A DNA stretch of 64,000 bases, taken from NCBI GenBank assembly GCA_964016885.1, contig OZ024745.1, positions 71,610,001 through 71,674,000 on the forward strand, in the 5' to 3' direction. This stretch comes from Eledone cirrhosa. Lineage: Eukaryota. The notes under the pieces are model-generated. The model searched no databases and was not told the origin of the DNA. It saw only the letters and a program-made list of their open reading frames with translations. Shown here piece after piece: positions 13,314-26,334 of this stretch (within the stretch, counting starts at the first letter, position 1; the number at the start of each line of letters is the position of its first letter). The translations under genes were made by a program, and so were the position numbers.

Positions 13314-13362
13314 ATACCTTTAAGCAGTTTTCAAGCCTAGTTGGGCTTTCGTCAGAGGGTAT
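13314..13362 (-). ncRNA. Candidate type I hammerhead ribozyme motif
   Basis: Minus strand reads AUACCCU-CUGACGA-AAGCC CAACUA GGCUU-GAAAA CUGC UUA-AAGGUAU. Stem I pairs 6/7, stem II is 5 bp, and the triplet is UUA. Confidence 0.6.
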
Positions 13363-13555
13363 ATACATTATATAACTGCAAGGAAATATGTAATTGAGGA
13401 TTTTATATACCGTATCACTTATAGTAGCATCTTAATATGGATGTACTAATTTGCATGTTATTTGTGCTATGTTGATAGTTAAGATGTGCTCTAAGCAGCC
13501 AAAGTATATGATAGTTATGTCCATATATATAATAATAATACAAGGACGATTTATA

Positions 13556-13613
<58 letters not shown>

Positions 13614-13825
13614 TACACACAAGTCTGTCTATCTATTTATCCATCTATCTATATGTGTTAACAAAACTATCCATTTACAATCCATTTAGCTCCAGCTGCT
13701 GTCTACTCACTCTATGAATATACAAAAATCATATGTTGTAAATAAGAATTTGCAACCCAGAGTGGACATTATTCATTAATTAGTAGATAAAGGACTTAGT
13801 GTGGTTAACAATTAATAGATCCGAA

Positions 13826-14058
13826 CAGGGCCGGATTTAGATTTGATGAGGCCCTAAGCTATTTGAGATAATGGGGCCCTTTATATGTTATAAAAACTGC
13901 AAAACGTTCAATATTAAAGCAGAAAACTGTTTAAAACTATTCTTTTTTATCTTATATTTTGGAAATGTACACACCATGTTTTTCAATTTTTTCGGGGCCC
14001 CAAGAAAGTGGGGGCCCTAAGCTATACCTTGTTTAGCTTATATGTAAATCCCACTCTG
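13826..14058. mobile_element. Non-autonomous hAT-type MITE
   Basis: 8-bp TSD GATCCGAA at 13818-13825 and 14059-14066; imperfect TIR CAGGGCCGGATTTA / TAAATCCCACTCTG; subterminal GGGCCC motifs. Confidence 0.88.
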
Positions 14059-15030
14059 GATCCGAACAGTATAGTTGCCATGCCAGGTCCTATGTACAAC
14101 AGTTGCATCAGTAAGTGTTACAGAAGTCAAGTAATATTTCCAAAATGGTAGATTTATCTGAAAGACTGCTAGAGTCAAACTGAGGTATCACAGTGATACT
14201 GGTAGCAGTTTCATACTGTGGCAGAATCATGTGACCATATATATATAAAGAGGAAGGCAGTTGAAATCAGCTGTTATAAGGAAAAACACTTTGGTGGTAA
14301 AATTCAAATAACTGAATAATTGCTGGAGCTCTCACCCGTGTTAATTATGTGAATAACAAAGACAGAGATGAAGAATATGTACAAATCAAACTAATATATA
14401 AAAATAGTGTTCAATATACGATTAAAGCCAGATCTGCCACCTGGGAGATTATATGAATTAAGTTTAACAAAGCTATCCATTTACAATTCATTTAGCTCTG
14501 GTTGCTATTTACTCATTCAATGAATTTACAGAAATCATGTTGTAAATACGAATTTGCAACTCAGAGTGGACACTACTCGATAGTAGATGTGTGGGTTACA
14601 GGTATATATGTTTATGTATACATATGTGTGTGTTACAGGTATATATGTTTATGTATACATATGTGTGTGTATACGTGCCCATATCTATACAGGTTTAGCA
14701 GGTCTCCTACACCTTCACCACTAGGCCATGTGGCAACCACTTTGTACTAAACTTTTGGAGGAAATAGTACTTTGATATCTTCTTCCTGTTTCTCACAACA
14801 ATATTGACAATTTGGTCAGTAGTTAGTCAAACAACAACCATCAGTCAATCTACCTACTTATACATGCACACACATATACATATATATACACATACACACT
14901 TACCTACCTCTCTATCCTTGTTTGTCTGACTGTCAGTTTTTAGTTATCTATTTATGTATATTTACCAATGTATCTCTTCAGACAAGCACAACAACAAAGC
15001 AAAATCCCCAAAGCAGCCTGAAGATAGATA

Positions 15031-15424
15031 CGAGGGTAATCCCAAAAGTAAGGTCTCCAACGCGATGGGGACGCAGAGAAACTGTTCGTATGGCTGTTGG
15101 CAACACTGTTGTGATTGGTACTTCCTTCACTCCCAAACAAGCATGCGCGCGCTTCGCTGGGATTCTCAATCTTGGCTTGGCAGCCGTTGAGAATGGAGCT
15201 CCCGTTGAACGCTACCGCCAAGTGCGAATTTCGCGCAGTTATTATATACGAGGGCAATCCCAAAAGTAAAGTCTCCTTCCGAGGAAAACATGCGTAAAGA
15301 ACGGCGGATCACTCTGGATGCTCTCTGCATTTTGGTTCCTGAGGTTTCCCGAAGCACCATCCACAGGATTTTAACGGAAAAGTTGCAATATCAGAAGGAG
15401 ACCTTACTTTTGGGATTGCCCTCG
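15031..15424 (+). mobile_element. Internally deleted mariner derivative with three TIRs
   Basis: 28-bp TIR CGAGGG(T/C)AATCCCAAAAGTAA(G/A)GTCTCC at 15031 and 15249, inverted at 15397-15424; TA flanks; transposase fragments MELPLNATAKCEFRAVI and RRITLDAL...VSRSTIHRILTEKL. Confidence 0.92.
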
Positions 15425-17057
15425 TAGATAGGTACATAGGTAGAAGAGTCATCATTGATTGGCAGTATCGGTAGAGGGCCGGACGCCATGCTTAGCACCA
15501 TAGACTTACGGCCCTTTGCAGTCTGAGTTCAAATTCCGCCGAGGTTAACTTTGCCTTTCATCCTTACGGGGTCGATAAAATAAAGTACCAGTAATTCACT
15601 GGGATAATTGCTGGCCTTGTGCCAAAAGACAAAACAATTATTTAGTGGATATATGTTAGATAATGATTGAAGAACATGTGGAAGAACATTGTAATTTATT
15701 TAGATGAATGTAAAATAAAATATGAGAGGAAGGTCAAGGAAAATTGAGGATTTAAGTAGAATGTTATAATAAAGAAATTATTAAATATCTTTTACTATAA
15801 ACTCCCTCATTTTCGATGGGTACTATGCTAGTTAAAACAACAATAGAAGGCTGGGCTAGACAATTTACTTAAGAATTTTAATTCTGTGAAAGCACTATAC
15901 ATATTTCAATGACCCAGCTCTATTATACGTTTATGATGCAAGACTAGGCGATTTCACCAGGGGCTATTTGCAGGATTATGTTGAACCAAAACATAGAGTA
16001 GGAGATAGAAAAAATAGAAGATTTGATTCGATTCGGGGACAACCTGTTTATTTGGTGTTATGTCGATAGCATATGGTCCATCGATGACACTTGATTCAGC
16101 TTTGTGGGCTAGTAGGTGTGGTGGAGGAGGTAGGGGTTATCAAGTGGCGACAAAGACATCCATCTTAGAAAATGCCATTCTTTAATTACACCCAGGGCTT
16201 CTCTGCTGCAGAGATCAAAGGGTATTATTGTATTGGCCGTGTTAATCAGACAAGTCACTCTACTGTGACGATATTTAGATGCATGATGTAATTATCTCTC
16301 TCTCTATATATATATATATATATAATATCCATTTTGTATATAATAGTGCCAATGGTTATACGTTTCCAAATGTACCTATCACTGGTTAATTATATTGCCA
16401 TTTCAAGTTTCAGTGTACTGTTTCTGCAACTTGGTTGGAATAAATACTACAAACTATTTTTACTTTTCGCATCAGTTTATTGATTTTTTTTTGTTTGTTT
16501 TGCCAACACACACGTGTGTGTGTGTGTGTGTGTGTGTGCATCATCATCATTTCTTTTTTCCATGCTTTGCATGAGTTGGATGTATCCTCCAAAAGAACAT
16601 GTTGCTATTTATTGTGTGTGTGTATGTGTATCATTATGGGATCCCAAATGCAATTCCATTGCATACCATCTTCGACTAGTAACTTTGCTTTAGATCAATC
16701 CAAGCTTTGTGAGTGAAATTGGGTAAACAGAAACTGTTTGGAAGTCTGTGGGATGGACTGTACCTGAAAAGCAAAGGGCTAGTCTTTTAGTCATATATTT
16801 GGGCTATGTTGAATCTCCCTGTGAATTACATTAAGTATACAGACCTGTCTAAAGGCAAGGGTTTTAGTGGTTATGGGCTTTGGTTCATGATAATAAAGTC
16901 ATGAATTTAATTCCCTGACTGTATGACACATTGTATCTTTGAGCAAGACACTTTATTTCATGTCACTCCACTGTACTGACAATATGTTGTATGTGTAATT
17001 CAAAGGGCCAGCCTTGTCAGACACTGTCGTGTTGAATCTCCCTGAGAATTACATTGA

Positions 17058-17271
17058 CCCTTTAACATTTAAACTGGGCGTATCCGGCCAGAATTTGCTC
17101 ACCTCTTTCTGCTCAAACTGGCTGTAACCGGCCACTCATACTTATGTTTAGGTATTCTCAAAATAAATATCAAAATCTCATAGATTTGATATTATGTGAG
17201 ATAATATGTAAGATAAAGCCTTTACTGTGAAAATATAATAGTAAATATAGAGTAATGAAAATGCTAAAGGG
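17058..17271. mobile_element. piggyBac-type (TTAA) MITE nested in a SINE
   Basis: CCCTTTAACATT...AATGCTAAAGGG with TTGA/TTAA flanks. It splits the SINE motif gaattacattaagggtac. Homologous to 26114-26334. Confidence 0.85.
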
Positions 17272-20200
17272 TTAAGGGTACACATGTCTGTGGACAGTTA
17301 ATTTAACAATTGAGCTGTTTTATTAATCAAACAACTGGAACTCTCATCATAATCGACAGAGATACGGCAATAACAACATGCCTGTAGAATATTCAGCCAT
17401 TTCCACATTAATTTAATGAGTCATTCTTTTCACCAAACAACTGAATCACTTATTGTTGTAACCTACAGAGGTCCATTTATTTGAAGATGCAAGATGTCCT
17501 CTAGGTTGTAAAAACTAGATAAAATTCTGTCTTTATAAACATTAAAAAAACAAATATATTAATCGGTTTGATATAATCTTATTTTGCAATGAGAAAATGG
17601 CTTGAAAATAATCAGGAAATTATACCATTATTAATTGTTTTAGTTTTCTAATAATTTTTACTAATTTATTACTGGAATGTTAACAAATAATCGATGCAAA
17701 ATAATTGCATTGCTAATTATACTAATTAAATAACTTTGGAGTCCAGTGTATTGCAAGCATTCCGACTGATGTAGGTGCATGGTCTATTGGCTAGTGGGTT
17801 GGACTCATGATCATAAGGTTTTGGATTTAATTCCTGGATCAAGCAGTTCATTATGTTCTTGAACTGTCTTTTTTCATGATAGAATATGTGTTCAATTATT
17901 TTTTAAAAGATCAATTAATATAAAAATTATAAAGATTCCAATTACATGTTTATTTAAAGGTATTCAACCAATTTTCAGTAATAATTGTTTCTACTTTTGG
18001 CACAAGGCCAGCAATTACCCAGTACATTACTGGTACTTTATTTTATCGACCCCGTAAGGAGGAAAGGCAAAGTTGACCTCGCCGGGATGACTCAGAATGG
18101 CAAGGGCCGTAACTCAATGCGTCAAAGCATGGCGTCCGACCCTCTACCGATACTGCCAATCCACCGATTCCTGTTATCTAAACTACTCAAACAAAAACAT
18201 AAAATTTAATAATTCGTAAATTATAATATAAAATCATCAGAATTTCTTCATTTTCAGAGCATAGCCCATTTTTTACAGTTCATATATATTACCTCATATA
18301 CTGAACACTTTTTCACTTGTGACAGAGGAAGTCAGGCACTGAGAGACTTCAAAGTAAGCTTGCTCAAATGAGGAAAACTTTTTTTCAAAATTCTCTATCA
18401 TAAAAATGGATCCCCGCATCTTAGTAGCAGGGGAAATTTTTTATTACAACAAAATGTTTTGCTTGTTTGTTTAATTTTTTTGTTTCTTCATTGAGGATGT
18501 TTACATATCATTTTTCCATTTCATAGAAGCTAACTCATCAAATAAATTTTAAAAATTAACAGCGAACTTCCATATTCTTGATCATCTTCGGAAATACAGC
18601 CAATTAACAACTTCCTTACAAACCAGTCTAGGAAACACACAACTCTTGGGATTCCAGATAAAATGAATCTCTATACCAACCAATTTTGTTGTGGGTCATG
18701 ACACCATGACTCAGTACAGGAGAATGAACGGGCTAAGTTTAGATAGCTAACAACAAATATCTTAATAGACATGCTAAGTATTGTATGTTTGGTTAATTGT
18801 AATTTGTTTAACTTTTGGCTTTATGTCAATATAACAACTACTCAGGCTATACATGTTGGTGTTAAGAGTTACACAATGATTAAACAAAGTAGAATCCTAT
18901 GTGTAGGTATAGAATGTGGGACATGTTGTGTACAGATCATTATACTGTTGAATGATATAGTTCATTAGCAATAAAAAATAGAAACTGGTAGAATACACCA
19001 AATGTTGTCATGTACTCTCAAATAATAGCTTCATATCATATATTACCCTCAATTATGATGTACATTTTCCTATCATAATACATAATTATATATTATAAAT
19101 AATTGGCAGCCAATTAATTGGTATCAGCCGTTAAGGCAAGACTGATTAATCAGTAATCATTTGATTTGCTTATTAATGCATCTCTACTATACACCAAATA
19201 AAAATATTAGATACAATGAGCTTTTCTACACTTGTTTCTCCAAAATAAGGATATGTTACATTCAACAAAAAATATGGTAACTAAAAAAGATTTTAATTAG
19301 AAATATAAATAAATCCTGTGTATAAGACTACTTAATGTGAAGGTCACTTGCTTTTCTTTGTTTGTGAGAATGTGGTGGGACTGTGGGGCTTAGAAACTCC
19401 AGACACCCAGAGATGGTTAATGGAAATGTTGGTTCCCAAGTGAGATGGAAGATGTTGTTTGCTAAAATGATCACCTAAATGGCATCTCATTTCACTTATA
19501 TATAATATGTTTCAAAGCTTACATGTAATACAGTGGATGTGGTTGGTAAGTAAGCAGTTAAAGTGTTTAGTGACTATGTACGAGGGTTTCAGGTGGAAGA
19601 TGAGAGGTGAATCCAGTTTGCATGTCTGGTAGGTGTGCAGCAGTGCAGCTAGTAACTCTGACATGGTGTAGTGTTGCATCTACAGCACAATGAATGTCAC
19701 ATCTCTTTGGGCTTACAGTAGAAATAATAGTCCTTGGTATACAGTTGGTAACTATGGAGGAATTAGGAAGGGAGATAGATTTGTTGTGTGTGTATGTGTG
19801 GGTGGAATAGTTATAGGGACATATATGAAGGTGGTCAGGAGATACTCTTAGGGACACTTGACCTACTAAGCATAACACTGAAATATCTCTCAAATATCTC
19901 TTTTTCTTAAGGAATATGTTAATGAAGTCTATCTAGATACTCTTCTAATGATGGGATGGTCATAGCGGTAATGTCTTTGATCATAAGTCTATAAATCAAT
20001 GTTGTCTTCAGGCTAAACAACATAATGTAAATGTTTACGTCTCTAGATTTATTTTCTATAAATATTTTCTATAATTATTGTTGTGACTGGAACAAGACAC
20101 CATTTTGTACAACCTACTGAAAGAGATGTTGTTGTTTTTAGTAAGATCTTTTGCCCTAATATTTCATTTTCATTTGATACTTTCATGTGAGAGTTCTGTT

Positions 20201-20559
20201 AACAATTTTTTCTCATTATGGATTGGCAGTATTGGTAGAGGGCTGGACGCCATGCTTTGCAGCATAGTTACGGCCTTTTATGATCTGAGTTCAAATTCCG
20301 CCGAGGTTAACTTTGCCTTTCATCCTTACGGGGTCAATAAAATAAAGTACCAGTAATGCACTGGGATAATTGCTGGCCTAGTGCCAATAGTAGAAACAAT
20401 TATTAAGCTGGTGTTTGTAACAAAGATTCTTGCTTAAAATTTTGATGGAAGATTTTTAGATAAATATAAACAGTTTTGTATTATACTATATTATTTTCTG
20501 AAAATAGATATTGGTTAAAGTGTATGATGGAGAAACTCAGTTTAGTGACTTGTATAGTA

Positions 20560-21090
20560 AACCAGGTACTGCAGGAATGTATCATGCCCAATGACTGGCA
20601 TACTAGCATCATTGTCAACTGCTACAAAAGTAAAGAGAAGCAGTTATAGAGGTATCAAATTGTTAAATCAAATTATGAAGGTTACAGAAAGAGTGATTGT
20701 AAAGTTGATTAGAGGTAGAATTAATTTTGATCAGATACAGTTTAGCTTTATGCCAGGGGGGAAACAGTAGTGATGTCATTTTCCAAGTGAGACAAATGCA
20801 GGAGAATTACTTAGCTAAGAATAGGTTCTTGTACTTAGTATTTGTTGACTTGGAAAAGGCCTGTGACAATCCCTTGCTCTGTAAATTGGTGTGTTCTTAG
20901 GAAGCTAAGGATAGATGAGTAGCTTGAGAGAGCTGTGTAAGGCATGTACAATAGTGCAGTTAGCAAAATGAGGGGGAAAAATTAGTACAGTGATGAATTT
21001 AGCAATGATCAGTTCTCGGCACCCTCCTGTTCATTATAGTTCTCCAGGCCAAAACAAGAATTCAAGACGATATCCATGGGAACTCTTCTG
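20560..21090 (+). mobile_element. Old RTE LINE RT-domain fragment
   Basis: Degenerate YRGIKLL, QFSFMPG, QEKYL-like, FVDLEKA and PWELF motifs with stops. Confidence 0.8.
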
Positions 21091-21149
21091 TTATGGCTTG
21101 GAGGACCATTATGAACAGGAGGGGGCTGAGAACTGATCCTTAGAGTGAT

Positions 21150-21295
21150 TGTATTGTAGAGTTATCTCTAGAGGAAGTAGAAAGAAGTTATATTGTAGAA
21201 CTGTCTCTAGAGGCAGGTAGAGGCAGTGGCTGTATTATAGTGCTAGCTCTAGAGGAAGGTAGAGGGGGAGGTTGTACTTAGAGTTATCTCTAACC
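21150..21295. repeat. Degenerate tandem repeat, unit about 40 bp, about 4 copies
   Basis: Recurring tattgtagag..tctctagagg.aggtaga. Confidence 0.75.
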
Positions 21296-21735
21296 ATATC
21301 ATCAGAAGAAAACATGTTAGTAAATCAAGAGGGTTCTCACTGATAGTATTAGACTTTGAGCTCCATATCATAAAAATTGCTATCTTTCACCATAAACAAA
21401 TTGTATTTATTTATTTAAGAAACTTATAAAACCTGGCTTCAAACACCCAAATAGTACACAGTACTTATGATGGAGCCTTCCTTGGTTTTTGATGATGAGT
21501 ATTCAGTTTGATGAATTAATATATATGTGTTTTAGTATTCCACAAACATGTGTACCTGTAATGTAATTTCCATGCTGAATCAGTGTAATATGTGACTACA
21601 CTGGATCTTTAAATTACAGGTATAATCCCACTCAAAGCTTGGATCGACCAGAGTCTATGGCAAATACTCTTGCCTAAGACACCATACAGTGGGATTGAAC
21701 CCAGGACCTCATGATTGTAAAATAAACTACTATTA

Positions 21736-21930
21736 CAGACCAGCCAACCTCTAAAAACCCAAACGGGGAGTACCATGAAAAAAAGTGCTCCAAAATAGGG
21801 AGAAATGAGGCAAAATGGGGAGATTTTACATAATGAAAACTATACCCATTTTCACAAGAGAGGACAGCTCTCATCCACCCCAAAGTGGGTGGGAGATCTC
21901 CCCGTTGGATGGGGCGAGTTGACAGGTCTG
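21736..21930. mobile_element. MITE with 6-bp TSD, superfamily unassigned
   Basis: TIR CAGACCAGCCAAC / GTTGACAGGTCTG (11/13 match); TSD CTATTA at 21730-21735 and 21931-21936. Confidence 0.75.
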
Positions 21931-22180
21931 CTATTATATGTATTATAGAGACATCACATAAGGATTGGTTTATATGAAAACAGTAATAAGAAAGAAAGAG
22001 TCTTGAACTTTCATTTACAAATCTAATATTGGCTCAAGTTCAGTGATTGATTTAATCACACATATAACAAAAATATTGATTTCCTCACCTCCCTCTTTTC
22101 TCCATTGATTTCATATTAACTCAATGGTATTGATGGAAAGTTTATTGAAAGTATTCGTTTTCATTTTCTTTCAACTAATG

Positions 22181-22245
<65 letters not shown>

Positions 22246-25200
22246 CTCATATTGAAACATTCAAAAGATAAAAGCTTTATCTTTTCTCATATGTGTAATG
22301 TAATTATAATTTTACCTCTAAATAATGACACTTGTGTGTCAAGTATGTTATCAAGAATATATTTATTCATTTTGATACCAAACTGCCTCAGGTTCTACAA
22401 AACTTTGTTTTAAAGTGTTTATATTTATCTAAAAATTTTCTAACATAATTTTATGTAAGAACTTATGGGTGTTTGTAAACACCCAACTGAGAATTTCTAT
22501 TGAAATTAAGATCTCCCAATATAATTTTATAGAAAAACCATGTGTTAAGTTACTATTTTAGTAATGAAATATTTAATAATGTATGTAAATCCCCCATTAA
22601 TTAATTGAAATAGTGTACTTCATCAGAAATACAGCCAGGAAAAGGTTAAAGAAATATTCCTTTAATATTTTTTGTATGATTTGAAGTCTTTGTTGTTAGT
22701 CAACCACATACAGAGACTGTAGTTTGAAATTCCATCATCATCATCAGAGGTAGAGCAGCTTGTTTAGAGAGAGATAGAAACTGTTGCGGTAGAGATAGGT
22801 ATATTAATCCTTTTGATACCAATCTGTCTGAAACTGCCCCTGGCATGGGTTGGACAGCACTTTTTGAGTTAATGTTTTATGGCTGGATGCCCTTTTCTGG
22901 CACTAACCCTTTTAGTTGCTTTTTATTATACTCAAGAATAAGGTGTATCTTTTCTAAAAGTACACCTTATATTTATCTCATGTAAGAATCTTTGTGTTCC
23001 ATACACCAACTTAATTTTAAGAAAGTTATATTACTTAATTCTGCCAAGTTCTTAATCATTTGAAAACCATATGTAGTGTCTTTCATTAGAATTACGGTAA
23101 TGAAAGCGTTCTTTGCTCTAATGACTCTGTCAATTCTATGGCAAATTGGGAATTTGTGACAAGTTGGAGAGTGAGCTTTTGCCAAACTCTGACTCACAGA
23201 CATTGTGGTTCTCCATGCTACTTATGGTGTTTCTTGAGAAATTTATATTACCATATATAATTGCAAATTCTATTTCGCCACCCTTATAGTTTAACAGTAT
23301 AAGAAATACCATATATACTCATATATAAGCTGAGAAATATCTGACAAAAATGTTGATGGTAAAAAGAGGAGTCAGCTGATCTTTCAGGTCAATATTTTGT
23401 CAATTTTCACCAACTTCAAAATTCTATGTAAAAGAGGTGCTAAAATATTTTTACATTGGAGTTGATTATTACACTGGTTTCACTTTGGAGGTGAAATTTG
23501 TATTTCTTATTGCTTTTGATATATTCTGAATGAATATGGCCTTCAAAATGGTCAGAAACTAGTAAAACAGTTATTACATAATATAGTTGTGAAACAATAA
23601 CTACACTCTAAATGACACTTAACACATTTGAAATATCATAATATTAATATTTCATAAATATATTTTTCACTCAAGAGAATTTCAAAATAGCACCATCTAA
23701 ACATAGTGGGTTGATTATCTGCCTTTGCTTAAAATGGGATTTGGATTTTTGTCTATTTCTCGGGCATAAAATAGGGGTTTGGCTTAATTTTGAGTATATA
23801 TGGTACTTCATTCCTTCAAATTCTTAATTGTTTAACAAAATTATTTAAAAATCATCAGTAGTGTCTTTTGATAGAAACATAATATCAAAAAGGTGAATAT
23901 AAGGTTTGTTGGGTGTAACACAGTAGGGGTGGGGGGATGAGAAGCTGTAGGTGCTGTGGGTGGTTTTATAAGTAGAGGTAGATCTTCTATTGTAGTGGCA
24001 GTAAAAGTAAATATACTGTTGTAGTGGCAGTAGTGATAGGTGTGTTAACAAGGTGTTGAAAATGTAAGGAAATATGGAATTATATAGAGATAATATTTTT
24101 GGTAGGAAAGATATTTCAAACTTGGGTTTTGAGAAAGTGGTAGCCTAGTAAAGATTACTTTTTATTTTTTGTTTATATAAGTTAGTCAAAGGAAGAGGGG
24201 TTGTGTCTCTTATCTTTGTAGCCTCTTTCAGAGGCTAAAGTTGAGATTCAGGCTAAACAACTGCAGATCAATATATGGGAAGAGAATTGGGTATATATAT
24301 ATACATATATTTGTTTGTGTGTATTGTATTAACCCTTTCATGACCATATTTCTAATGAAATACACTGTATTTTAATTAATTCACGAAGAATTTGGAAATA
24401 CTATTAATTATTTCATTATTAACATAACATAAGAAAAGGTTCATATATAAAATTATGCTGGAGGGTTTTAATTTAGATAAAAACTCTTTAAAAGGGGTAT
24501 TTTCTTTTCATAGAAACAGTAGCAGATTTGAGTGAGTTGGCATTAAAAGTGTTTGTTTTTTTACTAGTTTTTTGTTGTTTTCTTATGAGTCCCTTGAAGT
24601 TTGTTTGGAACCATAAAGTTTGTAAATTTGTCATTATTGTTTCTAGGTTGTGACAGTCTCATCATCAGAATGCGAAAGACATTTTTGAAAAAGTATAAAA
24701 CGGAACTGACTGCATCACATTAAAAATTAAAATCTTGCTTACATAATTTCCACACTTTAGGGAGTGCATTTCAGGGTATTGCATAAATATGCATGCATTT
24801 GTACAGTGTCTTCTATCAGCTGATTGTAGTTTTAACTTTCCATGCTATATATATTGTCTGTCAATTAGGAGTGGCTATTTGAAAACATTCATACATAAAA
24901 ACATTACTATAATGTTTATGGCTTTGGGACTTTGCTAGACTGTATTGCTGATGATTTTGGCCATTTTTGCTAAATGTTTTATTTTTATTTAAACACAACC
25001 ACAAATAAAGTGGCAAATAGTGTCTTTGCAAACTAACATATAATTTATCTATATGTTAATGGCTGATGTCAAAATAGTACAAATACAAAGAAGGTATGAC
25101 ATAGCATATATGTATATACTTGTATCTATCTCTTTGACCCCATTGTTAGCGAAAGATTTACACTTGTTAAAATTCAAAAAATTAAAGTGAAATATAAAAA

Positions 25201-26113
25201 AACCTTATAAATACTAAAGAAATCAAAACTTTTTTAATATAACATTTAAAATTTCTTTAGCCATCAGCATATGTAAATGTGTGTATATGTATGTGTGTGA
25301 GGGGGGGGGGGGTGTATACTGCAATCTCTTACAACTTAGGTTAGTATGGGAAAACTTATAGTGATGATGGTGTACAAATATTTGGCTTTTCGTCAAATTA
25401 AAATTTTAAAACAGATGTTTCTTTCTAATACTAGAAAACAATAAAAAAAGAAATTAACTTATTTTGCTTATGCTGTTATATCTATCTAGATGTATATATT
25501 TCTGATTCATTAGTGTATATATCTAATACATTTGTGTGTATATATCTAATATATCTGTGTATGTCCTTGTATAAAGGCATATACTGGGATGCTGAAAAGT
25601 TCCTGGCTTAAGGGTATCACGAAAGGGTAAAGCTGTTATCTTTACAAGGAAGGTAAGATCGCTGCAATAAGTGTGTGAAACTGAGAGGGGAATATGTTGA
25701 ATAAAATCATGATTAACTGATCCTCCTGATTTTCTTTTACCCAAAGGCAGAAACTTTTCAGCACGATGGTATATTAACATAATAAACATAGATTTGGTTG
25801 TGAACATTCTTTATGGTTTTGTATATTTCTTTATTCTGAATCAATGTGTTAGTCATCATCATCATCATTGTAGTGCAGCATATCTTATACATAAGTACAT
25901 ATCACATATACATACTTCTTATATATTTAAGTTTTCGGAGTATGACTCAAAAGTTAAGAAGTTTGTTTTGTAGTCCCAGGGTCCCATGTTCAATGAGTGT
26001 CTTGATCAAGTGTCTTTTACCATAGCCATGGCTTGATCCAAGCTATACGAGTAAAATTGGGTAGATGGAAAAATATGCATAAGCCAGGTGGATCGATTGT
26101 ATCCATAATTTAA

Positions 26114-26334
26114 CCCTTTAGCATTTAAACCGGCCATATCCGGCCAGAATTCTCTCACCTCTTTCTGTTCAAACCAGACATAACTGGATGCTCATACCTA
26201 TAATAAGGTATTGTTCTCAAAATAAGTGACATCAAAATCTCGTAGATTCGGTATTATGTGAGATAATGATGTAAGGTAAAGCCTTTACTGTGAAAATACA
26301 ATAGTAAATATAGAGTAATGTGAATGCTAAAGGG
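26114..26334. mobile_element. piggyBac-type (TTAA) MITE
   Basis: Perfect 12-bp TIR CCCTTTAGCATT/AATGCTAAAGGG with TTAA TSD on both sides. Confidence 0.9.

Noticed and set aside
18326-18353. Possible 28-nt cassette exon (gacag acceptor, gtaagc donor) in intron 1
   Set aside because: It would not preserve the frame, has no dynamin similarity, and such sites arise by chance. Needs RNA evidence.
22710-22755. Minus-strand CTGATGA...AAAC-TACA-GTC
   Set aside because: GAAA is missing, there is no stem I, and the CTGATGA overlaps a (CAT)n microsatellite.
23522-23570. Hammerhead-like TGGCC..GGTCA-GAAAC-TA-GTA on the + strand
   Set aside because: The CUGANGA box is disrupted (ctgaatgaata) and no stem I forms. 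At most a dead relic.
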